This document shows, in pieces, positions 1-11,062 of a stretch of 64,000 nucleotides of DNA. The translations under genes and the position numbers were made by a program. Each line of letters starts with the position of its first letter. The first letter of the stretch is position 1. The DNA comes from Octopus bimaculoides (Eukaryota). Below the pieces are notes generated by a model, which saw only the letters and a program-made list of their open reading frames with translations, had not been told where the DNA came from and ran no database searches. The DNA lies in contig NC_068983.1 in assembly GCF_001194135.2 (NCBI RefSeq), positions 21,039,074 to 21,103,073 on the forward strand, written 5' to 3'.

Positions 1-214
1 AGTAATTTCTTATTAAATTTCCCAAGAACATTTCAATGAATATTCGGCAAAACGCTGAATGTGACGTACTCAGGGATTTATTTATGTCTCGTACATATTT
101 GAGCTTCGAATACCACCTTCATCTACCTGCCTTTTCCTCATTCTTGGCTTTGTGACTCTGCTACGGACCGACCGTATTAAAACACAAAATCCTCGTTGCT
201 GATAAAAGTCTTTA

Positions 215-410
215 ATCTTTTACTTGTTTCAGTCATTGGACTGTGGCCATGCTTAGGTATCGCTTTGAAGGGTTTAGCCAAACAGATTGACCCCCCCACT
301 AATTATCTTTTTAACTCTGCTGTCATTCTTTGTCGCAAAACAGCTAAGTTATGGCGAGGTGAATTGACCAACACAATTTGTCAAGCAGCAGAGGGAACGA
401 ACTTACACAC
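215..410 (-). mobile_element. SINE family C/A, degenerate 3' half
   Basis: TTTCAGTCATTGGACTGTGGCCATGC matches the reverse-strand 3' tail of the full copy at 24945-25345. Confidence 0.75.
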
Positions 411-660
411 ACACGCACACATTCATACAGAGAGACGCATATATATATATATATATGAGCATATACAAGACAGGATTCCATACAGTATACATCTACCAAC
501 CTCACTCTCAAGACATTGGTCGCTCGAAGACTATAGAAGATACTTCCCCTAACGTGCCGCACAGTACGACAGAACCGGACACCTAGAGTAGAATAGAATA
601 TAGTTACTTATTCCATGATATCTCTAATGTTTTTGCAATGCATTATTGATACAAGTTTTA

Positions 661-765
661 AGGCGGCCAGAATCTTTAGCACGCAAGGCTTAGCGGTATT
701 TCGTCTGTCTTCACGTTCTGAGTTCAAATTCTGCCAAGGTCGACTTTGCATATCATCCTTTCGGA
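661..765 (+). mobile_element. SINE family B (tRNA-derived), 3'-truncated
   Basis: B-box GAGTTCAAATTC followed by GGTCGACTTTGC..TCATCCTTTCGG, as in about 15 other copies in the window. Confidence 0.85.
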
Positions 766-830
766 TTTGTCGAGTTCAAAATAAAAAGTGATAAAAATTC
801 AAAATCACTTTTTATTTTGAACTCGACAAA
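766..830. repeat. Perfect 27-bp inverted repeat with 11-nt spacer
   Basis: 766-792 TTTGTCGAGTTCAAAATAAAAAGTGAT is the exact reverse complement of 804-830. Confidence 0.95.
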
Positions 831-943
831 GACAGGCTTGCTGCCGAAATATCGTTCAACTAATAGAATATCTATTGCAATCGCATCGCGCTCTTCGTCT
901 TGTCTCTTTACCTTTGTGAAGAGTTACGTCAATCCTTTCAGAA

Positions 944-1042
<99 letters not shown>

Positions 1043-1045
1043 TAA
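944..1045. repeat. (ATT)n directly abutting (AAT)n, a self-complementary microsatellite
   Basis: Direct reading; the repeat switches at about 990. Confidence 0.95.
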
Positions 1046-1354
1046 CTGGGCTCTTGCTGAGCTGAACGATCAGGCAGGACTTTACCCCTTTGGGGGTGGG
1101 GAGAATTTGCAATTTAAATTCTGTTTTCATTTTTCCTTTTTCAGTTACACAATTTTCAAAATGTCTTTGGAGAAGAGTGTCAACTCGCTCTTCCTTTCTT
1201 TTTGACTTACCGTCTCTGCTGTCGGAAACCAGCCAAACATGTACAAAAATTAATTGTCTCCGCCCTCTCCCAGCGCCTTAAAAGGCAGAGAGAGGGACGA
1301 CCAAAATCTTGCTAGCAAGTGCAACGCTGAGCAACAGAAGGTAAAAGAATAAAA

Positions 1355-2720
1355 ATGAACGCGAGAAAGAAGAGCAAGGAAATTCAGCTACTGGATGCTG
1401 CTAGCGTCGCAACACCTCTGAATACAAGCCATACGACTACTACCACTAACACTAACACATTGAACACTCAGCAACAACAATCCGATGCATTAAGCAGCCG
1501 AGGTTTTGCTTCAATGACAAAGCCTAGAAATGAATTCATTAATGTTTCTGTAAAATCTCTCAAAGACTACAGAAACATGTTAAAAAGAAAGATCGAAAGA
1601 TGTGTTTCGATAAACACACCTCCAGATATTATATACAATACAAACAAACGTACCATAGTGTAAAAAAACTATATCTTTAATAAATAGACGTTTAGAAACT
1701 GCCACAAAGCATGCAGTTGAAAAATGCTTGCACCCCATTTGGAAAGACGTAACATATCTGGCGAGGGGTAAGGAAAATGGCACAATTGAAGTCAGATTTT
1801 CTACAGAAGACGTAGCAAAACAACACTCAAGAGCCCAGCTGAGACACAGTGAACTTGTCCTACTTGCAACATACCTGGGACGGCGCGTTGCCAAGATAGA
1901 AATGCTGGAGTTACCACCAGAAATGAACGCTTACCACCAGAAATGATCGCAGCCGTCCTCCCCGACTTGGTAGATAAAATCAGGATTATCCAAGTCGAGA
2001 AACAAGGAAAAAGCAACTGAAGTCGTGAGGAATTGCAAATAATGGTCTAAATAAACCAAGACGTTTTGGAACAAATTCCTACCAACTCAGCCTTCCAGAT
2101 AGCACTATGCTAAACGTTACAGTTGGGGAGAGAAGAACAAGATGTTATCAATGCGGAAAGAAAAACCACCTGAAAGCCTTCTGCGTATAACTAAAACGGG
2201 AGGGTACTACTCCCTTAATACAAGCAACACCCACACCACAACTGAAGCAACCTCAATTACTAAAGCAACCTCAACAAGAGACGAAACCCAACGAGAAGAA
2301 AGAAGAGGGGCTTCTCCACCACCACCGCCACGATTACCACCACCAGTTATACGTGAGACAACAACGCCAACAACAACAAAAGCGCTGACCACAAACACCA
2401 CCACAGCGCCTACAAAAACACTATCAATGCAGCCCTTGCCAGAGGAATAAAAAAACATCTGCAAATTTCGACCCACTGGAACTAACCCTTCCCGACTCTG
2501 GGCACTCAGACATGTTGTGTCGCACAACTTGAGCGGAGAGGCCGACAGAACTGAGTGGACAGAAGTCACACGTAAAAGACACAACAGTACACCAACAAAT
2601 AAACAAGCCCCCTCCCCCAAGCATTGAAAATCACCCGAAAACAACAACAACAGCACACCAACACCTTCGCGTCCAACACCTTCGCAAACACTACCACTAC
2701 CAACACCAGAGTACAAAGCA
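1355..2720 (+). mobile_element. Degenerate non-LTR retrotransposon ORF1, Tx1/L1-like (RRM-like region, CCHC knuckle, Thr/Pro-rich tail)
   Basis: 2101-2184 translates STMLNVTVGERRTR-CYQCGKKNHLKAFC (CX2CX4HX4C at 2143-2184). Upstream frameshifted pieces read GTIEVRFSTEDVA...VAKIEMLELPPE and LEQIPT, resembling Tx1/L1 ORF1. Stops and frameshifts are present; no ORF2 is seen. Confidence 0.7.
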
Positions 2721-2819
2721 CAATATGGTCAACAAAAAAGTAAACGAAGATAGAAAAAAAAAACACCACAAGACTCAGTGCCATAAGCATAGACAACACA
2801 AACTTAATATACATAAATA

Positions 2820-2958
2820 CGGCAAGCTGGCAGAAACGTTACCACGCCGGGCGAAATGCTTAGCTGTATTTCGTCTGTCTTTACGTTCTGAGTTCAAATT
2901 CCGCCGAGGTCGACTTTGCCCTTCATCCTTTCGGGTTCAATAAATTAAGTATCAGTTG
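2820..2958 (+). mobile_element. SINE family B, partial
   Basis: A-box-like AGCTGGCAGAA, B-box GAGTTCAAATTCC and the family central domain. Confidence 0.9.
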
Positions 2959-2960
2959 CT

Positions 2961-3090
2961 AAGTGGACTGGAGCAATGTGAAATGAAATGTTTTGCTCAA
3001 GAACATAACGTGCTACCCAGACCAGGAATCGAAACAACGAACTCACGATCATGGGTCAGCACCTTAACCACTAAGCCATACACCTCCACA
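2961..3090 (-). mobile_element. SINE family E, 5' part
   Basis: Matches the tRNA head and CORE-like segment of the copy at 37732-37996. Confidence 0.8.
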
Positions 3091-3092
3091 AT

Positions 3093-3283
3093 TCAAAATT
3101 CTGGCACAAGGCCAGCAATTTAATGGAAGGGGTTAAATTGATTACAACGATCCCGGTGCCCGACTGGTACTTATTTTATGGCTCCCGAAAGACAAAGTCG
3201 GCCTGGGCGGAATTTGAACTCAGAACGTAAAGACGGACGAAATGCCGCCAAACATTTTGCCCCGAGTGCTAACGATTCAACCA
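3093..3283 (-). mobile_element. SINE family B (B2-type tail)
   Basis: GGCGGAATTTGAACTCAGAACGT and GGCACAAGGCCAGCAATT on the plus strand. Confidence 0.85.
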
Positions 3284-4310
3284 GGTCCCTACTTTACAGA
3301 GCATTTACTATTGCTATGTTAAGCATCAACGAACTCTGGGGACTCTTCAATGTGAGATGAAACTAGATTGTTAGAATTTACTGCAAGCTGCTGACGCCTT
3401 AGTGATAATATTCATGGGCGGCGTAATTTTCAGCCTATTAGAAAGAACATCATGTCTCCATCAAGCGAAATTTCACCGTTAAGAAAATTCTGAAAATGAA
3501 CAGACACACTGGGGAATATATTCTTGAAAAATCTTTGACCATGTGGTCTACACAACAGCAAGTATAAAAACAACATGCAATAGCATTTCCGGCATTTAGT
3601 AAGCTTATAAATTTCTACATTTTGTATCTAGCGGATCCATTAACTCGCTAAAAGTTTATTGTATGAAACGCAAAAACGAAATAAAGCATCAAAACGATAT
3701 ATGTCAACACAATGTCTCTAAATATCGATTACCATAACGAGATACAATGTGGCAATAAACCTTTTATATTATTTTATCACACCCAAAAACAAAAATAATA
3801 AAATAATAAATGTCACCATAACCTCCAAACGCAGTTCACATGTACTTTTATTTTGATAATCATCGAAAGTAAAGCCGACAAAACGAATTCGTTCAATGAA
3901 CGTAAAATCATAAAAGTAATTAAGTGTAAATTACACGTTACACTGTTAAGCAGTAGAAAATGATAACTTTCAGAGTATGTGCTGATATGTAATTATTTAC
4001 ATTTACAGACATATGTACTGAGCATACATACACAAAGATACGTATACGTGTATACGCACACGGGCGCGTGCGGAGGCGAAAGCACTTATATAAGTATGTT
4101 TATTAATTTGTAATGCTTACTGACAAAATTTACCTGTCCATTATTCAAACCGGCGTACTGTGAAAGAGAATTGATATAATAATAGCTGGCACTGAATTAT
4201 ATGAAATAATATTAAATGATGACAGTTTAGACCATTAATAGGGTCAGCTTCATTTCAGAAACATGGTTTCGTATCCCAGCAGTATTTACATTTATAATGA
4301 TATATTCATG

Positions 4311-4685
4311 TGGAGGCGTAATGGCCCAGTGGTTAGGGCAGCAGACTCGCAGTCATAGGATCGCGGTTTCGATTCCCAGACCGGGCGTTGGGCGAAAACA
4401 CCTAAAAGCTCCACGGGGCTCTGGCAGGGGATGGTGGCGAACCCTGCTGTACTCTTCCACCACAACTTTCTCTCAATCTTACTTCCTGTTTCTGTTGTGC
4501 CTGTAATTCAAAAGGGTCAGCCTTGTCACACTGTGTCACGCTGAATATCCCCGAGAACTACGTTAAGGGTACACGTGTCTGTGGAGTGTTCAGCCACTTG
4601 CACGTTAATTTCACGAGCAGGCTGTTCCGTTGATCGGATCAACTGGAACCCTCATCGTCGTAAGCGACGGAGTGCCAACAACAAG
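4311..4685 (+). mobile_element. SINE family D (tRNA-derived, about 375 bp)
   Basis: tRNA-like head GGCGTAATGGCCCAGTGGTTAGGGC...GGTTTCGATTCCC with A and B boxes, a GC-rich body and a (CAA)n tail. Single copy in the window; assignment to a named octopus SINE needs a library search. Confidence 0.7.
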
Positions 4686-4859
4686 AGAGGTATATTCATG
4701 CTTCGAAATATTCTTTTTTTTCTTCCTTTCCATTTTTTTTTCTTTTTGAGGAAGGAGAATGAAGTTAGACTACCCAGTCATACATAAATACACATGTTAG
4801 CAGACATAGATACTAAAACACACACACACACACGCAAAACTGACTCTAAAATATTCATC

Positions 4860-6600
4860 CTCATGAGACGCATGAAGAGACCAGATCTTTACCTTGTCCA
4901 ATTAAAAGACGTGTACATGTTTCATCGTGATAGTAAAATACATTCGAAGTCCACTTGCTGCAATGAAGTGCACAATCTCTCAGCAAGCAATATATGCGTC
5001 GTTCGACTCATGAAGTGTAAGTAATTAGATATTCGGACTCAAGTAGGACCTGTAAAACGCATATAATCAGAACAACCTTGAACGACGGACATTCCATTGC
5101 AGAAGTTAGGTGCGAAGCGAAGTAGAAAAATCATTATCATGAGTCAATATAAAAAGTCATACCGGTTTCGACATCGCTGTTCACTGACTTTGAATCAACA
5201 CTGATTTCCAAACGGTGCTGGGTTTAATACATTTTCTGTGTCATTATGTTTACAAGGGGGGGGAGATGCTTGGGTGGATGTGCTTGTCTCCCCCTTGTAA
5301 ACATAAGGACACAGAAAATGTGTCAAGGCCGACAAGAAGCGGTGCAGCTTCCCAGGTCCAACCAACAGTAGTATTATTACCTTCAGGGGACTGTCACATT
5401 AAGTTGACAGCATACAACTAAAAAACGAATAATTTCGAACTAAAGACAGAAATAAAGCATCTGATGATTTTTGTGAACACATTACCAATTTTCCATTTCA
5501 CGCCCTACAAAAACAACGAATTAAATCCAACCTCAACACAAATGAATGGAAAAACTTAATCGAGTTATAAAACAATATAAACCTGACCATTAAAGAAGCC
5601 GATAAATGAAATGCGATAGTAGTGATGGACACAGAGTGATATAAAAATTTAATACTTTCCATGCTGGAAAACAATACTTACTACGAGAAGATAGAGTACT
5701 ATAACCCACAGAAAACACTTAAAAACTTAGCCTCCTTAATTCAAATACATGGAAAAGGCCCCACTAAAAAAGAAATAGATTGTTTATCGAATTTTAAATA
5801 CAAACCAAGTCTCTTCTACGGCTTACCCAAAATACACAAAAATACACATATTAGTACAGCTTGCAAAGATTCATCAAGCCTATGCCTTAATGTTCCTCCC
5901 CCTACTGAGCTCAAACTAAGACCCATCATTGCTGGCCCAGGTTGTGAAACTCACCGTTTGAGCAATTTCCTCGATATCTTAATTAAACCATTTTAAAGAT
6001 ATTTTAAAATCTTCACCAGGGATGAGTTAGACATGCTTTACCACCTCCCGAAAACAATAAATGAAGGAGTAGAGGAGTTGTACACCAATATCCCACCACT
6101 ATATAGGTTGAACACGAGTGTCCCTCAGACGAAGAGCAACGCTTCACGAAAAACAAATGTGCTTCACAGAATATAGATAGATACAGGTCGGTGAGCACGT
6201 GGATAGATGTGCTAGGAACCTTAAACCAAACTTCCTAATTTCCCCTTTTTATCAATGTTCCCAGAACATTTCTGTGCAGCAAAGACTAAATAAAGAGGCA
6301 ACCTTCATTAATGAATATCAACCAAAATTTAACATGAACAAAGAACTCAATACGGGGCACTACTAACATTATTAATACCAATACTCCCTCTAATTCTCAT
6401 GCATCTCATATACTATTCATATTCTATTAATCATATTAATCCAATTGCATCACTTTCAGTACTGCATACCACCTTTGCATGCAGTCTTTTAGCTCAGATA
6501 CTATTAGACTTAACACCGTTTGGAAATCGGTGTTGATTCAAAGTCAGTGAACATTGCTGACGAAAGCGGTATGACATTTTATATATTATGTCCCCGGTCC
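4860..6600 (+). mobile_element. Penelope-like element, internally deleted, with an inverted terminal segment at its 5' side
   Basis: RT N-terminal motifs IKEADK*NAIVVMD, FYGLPKIHK, LRPIIAG and LYTNIP (about 5590-6095). A GIY-YIG-like C-terminal remnant reads EHVDRCARNLKPNFL..FYQC..QQRLNKEATFINEYQPKFN (about 6190-6365). 5149-5217 is an inverted copy of 6514-6584. The outer boundary at 4860 is uncertain. Confidence 0.9.
5153..5191 (-). ncRNA. Candidate minimal type-I hammerhead ribozyme (G3-C8 core variant) in the PLE terminal repeat
   Basis: The minus strand reads AAAGUCA-GUGAACA-GCGAUGUC-GAAAC-CG-GU-A-UGACUUU: 7-bp stem I, 1-bp stem II, palindromic stem III ACCGGU and a GUA cleavage triplet. 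Confidence 0.6.
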
Positions 6601-6777
6601 TCCCAAGAACAGTTTTTGCAGATTGGAAATCCATTGTGTCAACAAGCGAACTTACATAATTCTAGACTCTAACTTTGTTGTCGTTGACCATTAACGGTAT
6701 GCCAACACTTGCTGAAGAGGAATGTGCGCAAAGACATCTGAAATATGGCCGTATTAGCTTACTGCCCAATTGCATTT

Positions 6778-6990
6778 TCTTTTCTACTCTAAGCACAAGG
6801 TCCGAACTTGTTTGTGGAGGTGACTAGTCGATTAGATCGACCCAGTAGACAACTGGTACTTAATTTATCGACCCCCGAAAGGATGAAAGGCAAAGTGCAC
6901 CTCGGCGGAATTTACTCAAAACGTAAAGACAAGCGAAATACCACTAAGCATTTCGCCCAGCGTGCAAACGTTACTGCCAGCTAGACACCT
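6778..6990 (-). mobile_element. SINE family B
   Basis: CTGGTACTTAATTTATCGACCCCCGAAAGGATGAAAGGCAAAG matches the family central domain. Confidence 0.9.
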
Positions 6991-7826
6991 TTGCTCAATA
7001 ATATATGTATTCAAACATGGCCTTCGTTTTGTAACTTTTGAGTGAACTTTGAGACGAATTTTGTTGCTATGTCTAGCGAATTTGTGGACACGTAGCGACT
7101 GCCTCGTATTCGATCGTATTCGTCAATAAACTGGAAATATATTTAAATATTTCGTACTATCTTACATGCATTCTTATCAAAGAATTCTTTTATAACATAC
7201 CAGAACCAGGATTTCTGTGCATGCATGCAAATATATTCGTACATATATAAATATATAAACTGTTATACATATGTATGTATATATATATATATATNNNNNN
7301 NNNNNNNNNNNNNNNNNNNNNNNNNNNNNNNNNNNNNNNNNNNNNNNNNNNNNNNNNNNNNNNNNNNNNNNNNNNNNNNNNNNNNNNNNNNNNNNNNNNN
7401 NNNNNNNNNNNNNNNNNNNNNNNNNNNNNNNNNNNNNNNNNNNNNNNNNNNNNNNNNNNNNNNNNNNNNNNNNNNNNNNNNNNNNNNNNNNNNNNNNNNN
7501 NNNNNNNNNNNNNNNNNNNNNNNNNNNNNNNNNNNNNNNNNNNNNNNNNNNNNNNNNNNNNNNNNNNNNNNNNNNNNNNNNNNNNNNNNNNNNNNNNNNN
7601 NNNNNNNNNNNNNNNNNNNNNNNNNNNNNNNNNNNNNNNNNNNNNNNNNNNNNNNNNNNNNNNNNNNNNNNNNNNNNNNNNNNNNNNNNNNNNNNNNNNN
7701 NNNNNNNNNNNNNNNNNNNNNNNNNNNNNNNNNNNNNNNNNNNNNNNNNNNNNNNNNNNNNNNNNNNNNNNNNNNNNNNNNNNNNNNNNNNNNNNNNNNN
7801 NNNNNNNNNNNNNNNNNNNNNNNNNN

Positions 7827-8330
7827 TCTTCTACTTCTTCCCTTTGTTTCTCCCTCTACCACTCTCTCTCTTCCCCTTACACCGGCATGGTCACATGCTT
7901 CCGGTCAATAATCTTTTTTCTTCCTTGGCTATCGCCGAGCAAACATGCGAACTTACTTCGTCCCTACTTTCAAGTTCGTTCCTCACAGCGTTCATACACA
8001 CATAATTTTTCTCGTCTGGCCATAAAGCCTTTTCTGTTTGTTTTCCTGTCTTGTTTTTTGTCCGCTACTACATTCCTCCATGGTAAGGCTTAATTTGTGT
8101 ATACAAATTTAATTTGCGGTCCATGAGAAGAGCCGTTTTAACGATGCGTCCTGCCCAGCTCTTCGAAACGCCGGTGTTAAAACGGCGGTAGCTAATGAAG
8201 AAGAATGTTCTCTATGTGGCTTGTGTGTTTTCTCGTCTACGTTTTGTTTGCAATGTCCTGTACCCAGATATGCACCTATACATACAGGTGGATGTTGGTA
8301 TGCACATACCTGTACGTATATATACATATA
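7827..8330 (+). mobile_element. Unclassified interspersed repeat, family F
   Basis: 8166-8330 is near-identical to the reverse complement of 33926-34076; 7827-7995 matches the reverse complement of 53507-53690. Related pieces lie at 22903-23820 and 62075-62183. Confidence 0.8.
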
Positions 8331-8340
8331 TTCATTTATT

Positions 8341-8377
<37 letters not shown>

Positions 8378-8914
8378 TATACACCTAAGAAAGTGTACGT
8401 GTGTTGTAGAGTGAGTATGCATATTTTTTTATTATTAGATCTGTATATATTCTGAACCCTGAGAAACGTAATATATTTGCCCGAAACATAACAGATTTTC
8501 TATGAGTGGAAACATCCCATGCTTTTACCGTTTTCGTGTTTCACACCATTAATTGTTTTTCATCTTGTCAGCCATAAAGCCACATGGAATTTAGCTTTCT
8601 GCAGGAATGTAATAGAAACAACTAGTTGCACAGGAAGGCGAACTGTCGAAAGAGAACAAAAGAATAAAACAGCAAGAAAAGTTACCGTCCATATTGTTAT
8701 GTTTATGATATAAGACCATCAGCTTATATCAATATTATGCTTTCTGTTCACATGTAAGTAGATGTTTTAATGGATTTGCATATGCTCGTTGAGGACGTGT
8801 AATATATGGGAATGCTTTTTTATTCGAATTTTTCAATCGTCTGACATTGAAGTGAGGTCAACACTGATTTTGAACAAATTATACACAAAGTTTGTTTAAT
8901 GAAAATACATTACA

Positions 8915-8930
8915 TAGTAGTAGTAGTAGC

Positions 8931-9015
<85 letters not shown>

Positions 9016-9050
9016 GCTGCTACTGCTGCTGCTGCTGTTGCTGCTGTTGT
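8915..9050. repeat. Compound trinucleotide microsatellite (AGT)n(GTT)n(GCT)n
   Basis: Direct reading. Confidence 0.95.
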
Positions 9051-9864
9051 TTCTAGAGATTAGCCCCCAAATGTCCTGTGAAAAAATTCAATCCAGTCAT
9101 GATTATTTGTGCCAGACCTTGTGTTCGGTTGACTATGCCATGTCCACTTTTTAGGTGTCCACTTTATTTTTTTATTATGATTGGACGCGAGTTGGGATGG
9201 CTATTTCTTGCACGTACAACGAGGTAGAAGTTTCCTCGATGGTTCATAGAAGCGAACGATTTCTAAAATGTAGAAGGCCATTATATACCATAATCGCATA
9301 AAATTCATTTTTATGCAGCAGAGAAATTGAAGAACATGAACATTTGACGTCTGCAATAGACATGTTGTAAGGACGATGGTGGGTAGTGGAAATTTGAAGA
9401 TGTTTAGTAAATTATGAATTATAATTTCTATAAAATCGAGACATGGCCATATGCCAAACACGGTAATAAGCCAGAAATGCACTCTTACATTTCGGTAAGC
9501 CCTCATGTCTTAACATCTTTTTTTTTCTTGACATGAAACCAATAGTAGCCTTAATACACNNNNNNNNNNNNNNNNNNNNNNNNNNNNNNNNNNNNNNNNN
9601 NNNNNNNNNNNNNNNNNNNNNNNNNNNNNNNNNNNNNNNNNNNNNNNNNNNNNNNNNNNNNNNNNNNNNNNNNNNNNNNNNNNNNNNNNNNNNNNNNNNN
9701 NNNNNNNNNNNNNNNNNNNNNNNNNNNNNNNNNNNNNNNNNNNNNNNNNNNNNNNNNNNNNNNNNNNNNNNNNNNNNNNNNNNNNNNNNNNNNNNNNNNN
9801 NNNNNNNNNNNNNNNNNNNNNNNNNNNNNNNNNNNNNNNNNNNNNNNNNNNNNNNNNNNNNNNN

Positions 9865-9901
<37 letters not shown>

Positions 9902-9922
9902 GTGTGTGTGTGTGTGTTTGTG

Positions 9923-9954
<32 letters not shown>

Positions 9955-10100
9955 TGTCCCCGTAACTTCGCTGTCCGGCAAAGAGACCGATAGAATAAGT
10001 ACTATTCTTAAAACGATAAGTCGTGGGCTCGGTTTGCTCAAATAAATCTCTTTAGGGCGGTGCCCCAGCATGGATGCAGTCAAATAACTGAAACAAATAA
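9955..10100 (+). mobile_element. SINE family C/A, 3' half following a (TG)n(TA)n tract
   Basis: CCCCGTAACTTCGCTGTCCGGCAAAGAGACCGATAGAATAAGTAC...GGCGGTGCCCCAGCATGG. Confidence 0.85.
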
Positions 10101-10473
10101 TATGTGTGTGTATATATATGGGTATATGTGTGTGTGTGAGATCGAGTGTGTGTGTGTGTGTGTGTGTGTCTGTGTGTGTGTGTGCGTGTGTGTGTTTAAA
10201 GAGGAAGAAAGAGAGAGAAAAGATGCATTCCATGCTTATATACATGCATACATGCATACAATATGTCTGTATGTGTAACTTTGCCTGTATATACATATGC
10301 GTACGCATATGTACGTTTTCAATTCATGAAATCAGATAGAAACCATAATTTTATACTACAACTATAAAATACACAACAACAGAACATAATATTAAATGAT
10401 CTCAATATTGTCATCTATCATCACTTCCTTTCATGTTTTTGCCACTATATAAGCATGTGTATATATGCTTGTA

Positions 10474-10529
<56 letters not shown>

Positions 10530-10637
10530 AGTATATGTATATATGCATTTATGTATGCATATATACATGTATGTGTGTTTGTGTGTATCTGTGTGTATCT
10601 GTGTGTGTGTCTGTGTGTGTGTCTGTGTGTGTGTGTC

Positions 10638-10679
<42 letters not shown>

Positions 10680-11062
10680 TGTGTGTGTCTGTGTCTTTGT
10701 TGATAGACATCAACGGCTAAAACAAAATTTACAAAACACAAATTTTCTTCATTAATTTTTAATGTCTTCGAGATGGTGTTTGTAATTAATTTCTATCCTT
10801 ACATGAATTAAGATTGTCTAATTTTGTAGATTATATAATGCACTGTTCGATTTACCTATTCATTATAGCTAGAAATTCCAATATCTATTGCAAGACGGCG
10901 TCTTAATTCTTTATGTTTTCCTCATCTATCGCTATCACAGTCGTTGAAGTCGTTCTTGTAGACATCGTCTTTCTCACTGTTTTTATTTCTTTATTTATAT
11001 GCTCATTTATTTTTTTTTTATATTGAGTATTTGTTATTCTTCTTATGTGATACTACATATGT

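Noticed and set aside
4311-4390. tRNA gene
   Set aside because: A and B boxes are present, but I see no complete cloverleaf, and the sequence continues into a SINE body and tail. The same holds for the other SINE heads.
6124-6154. Second hammerhead in the PLE (CAGACGAAGAGCAACGCTTCACGAAA)
   Set aside because: The core is mutated, extra bases separate stem II from GAAA, and stems I and III are not evident; at most a relic.
6712-6760. CTGAAGA...GAAA with palindromic ATATGGCCGTAT, a hammerhead-like arrangement
   Set aside because: No stem I can form between the upstream ACACTTG and downstream AGCTTAC.
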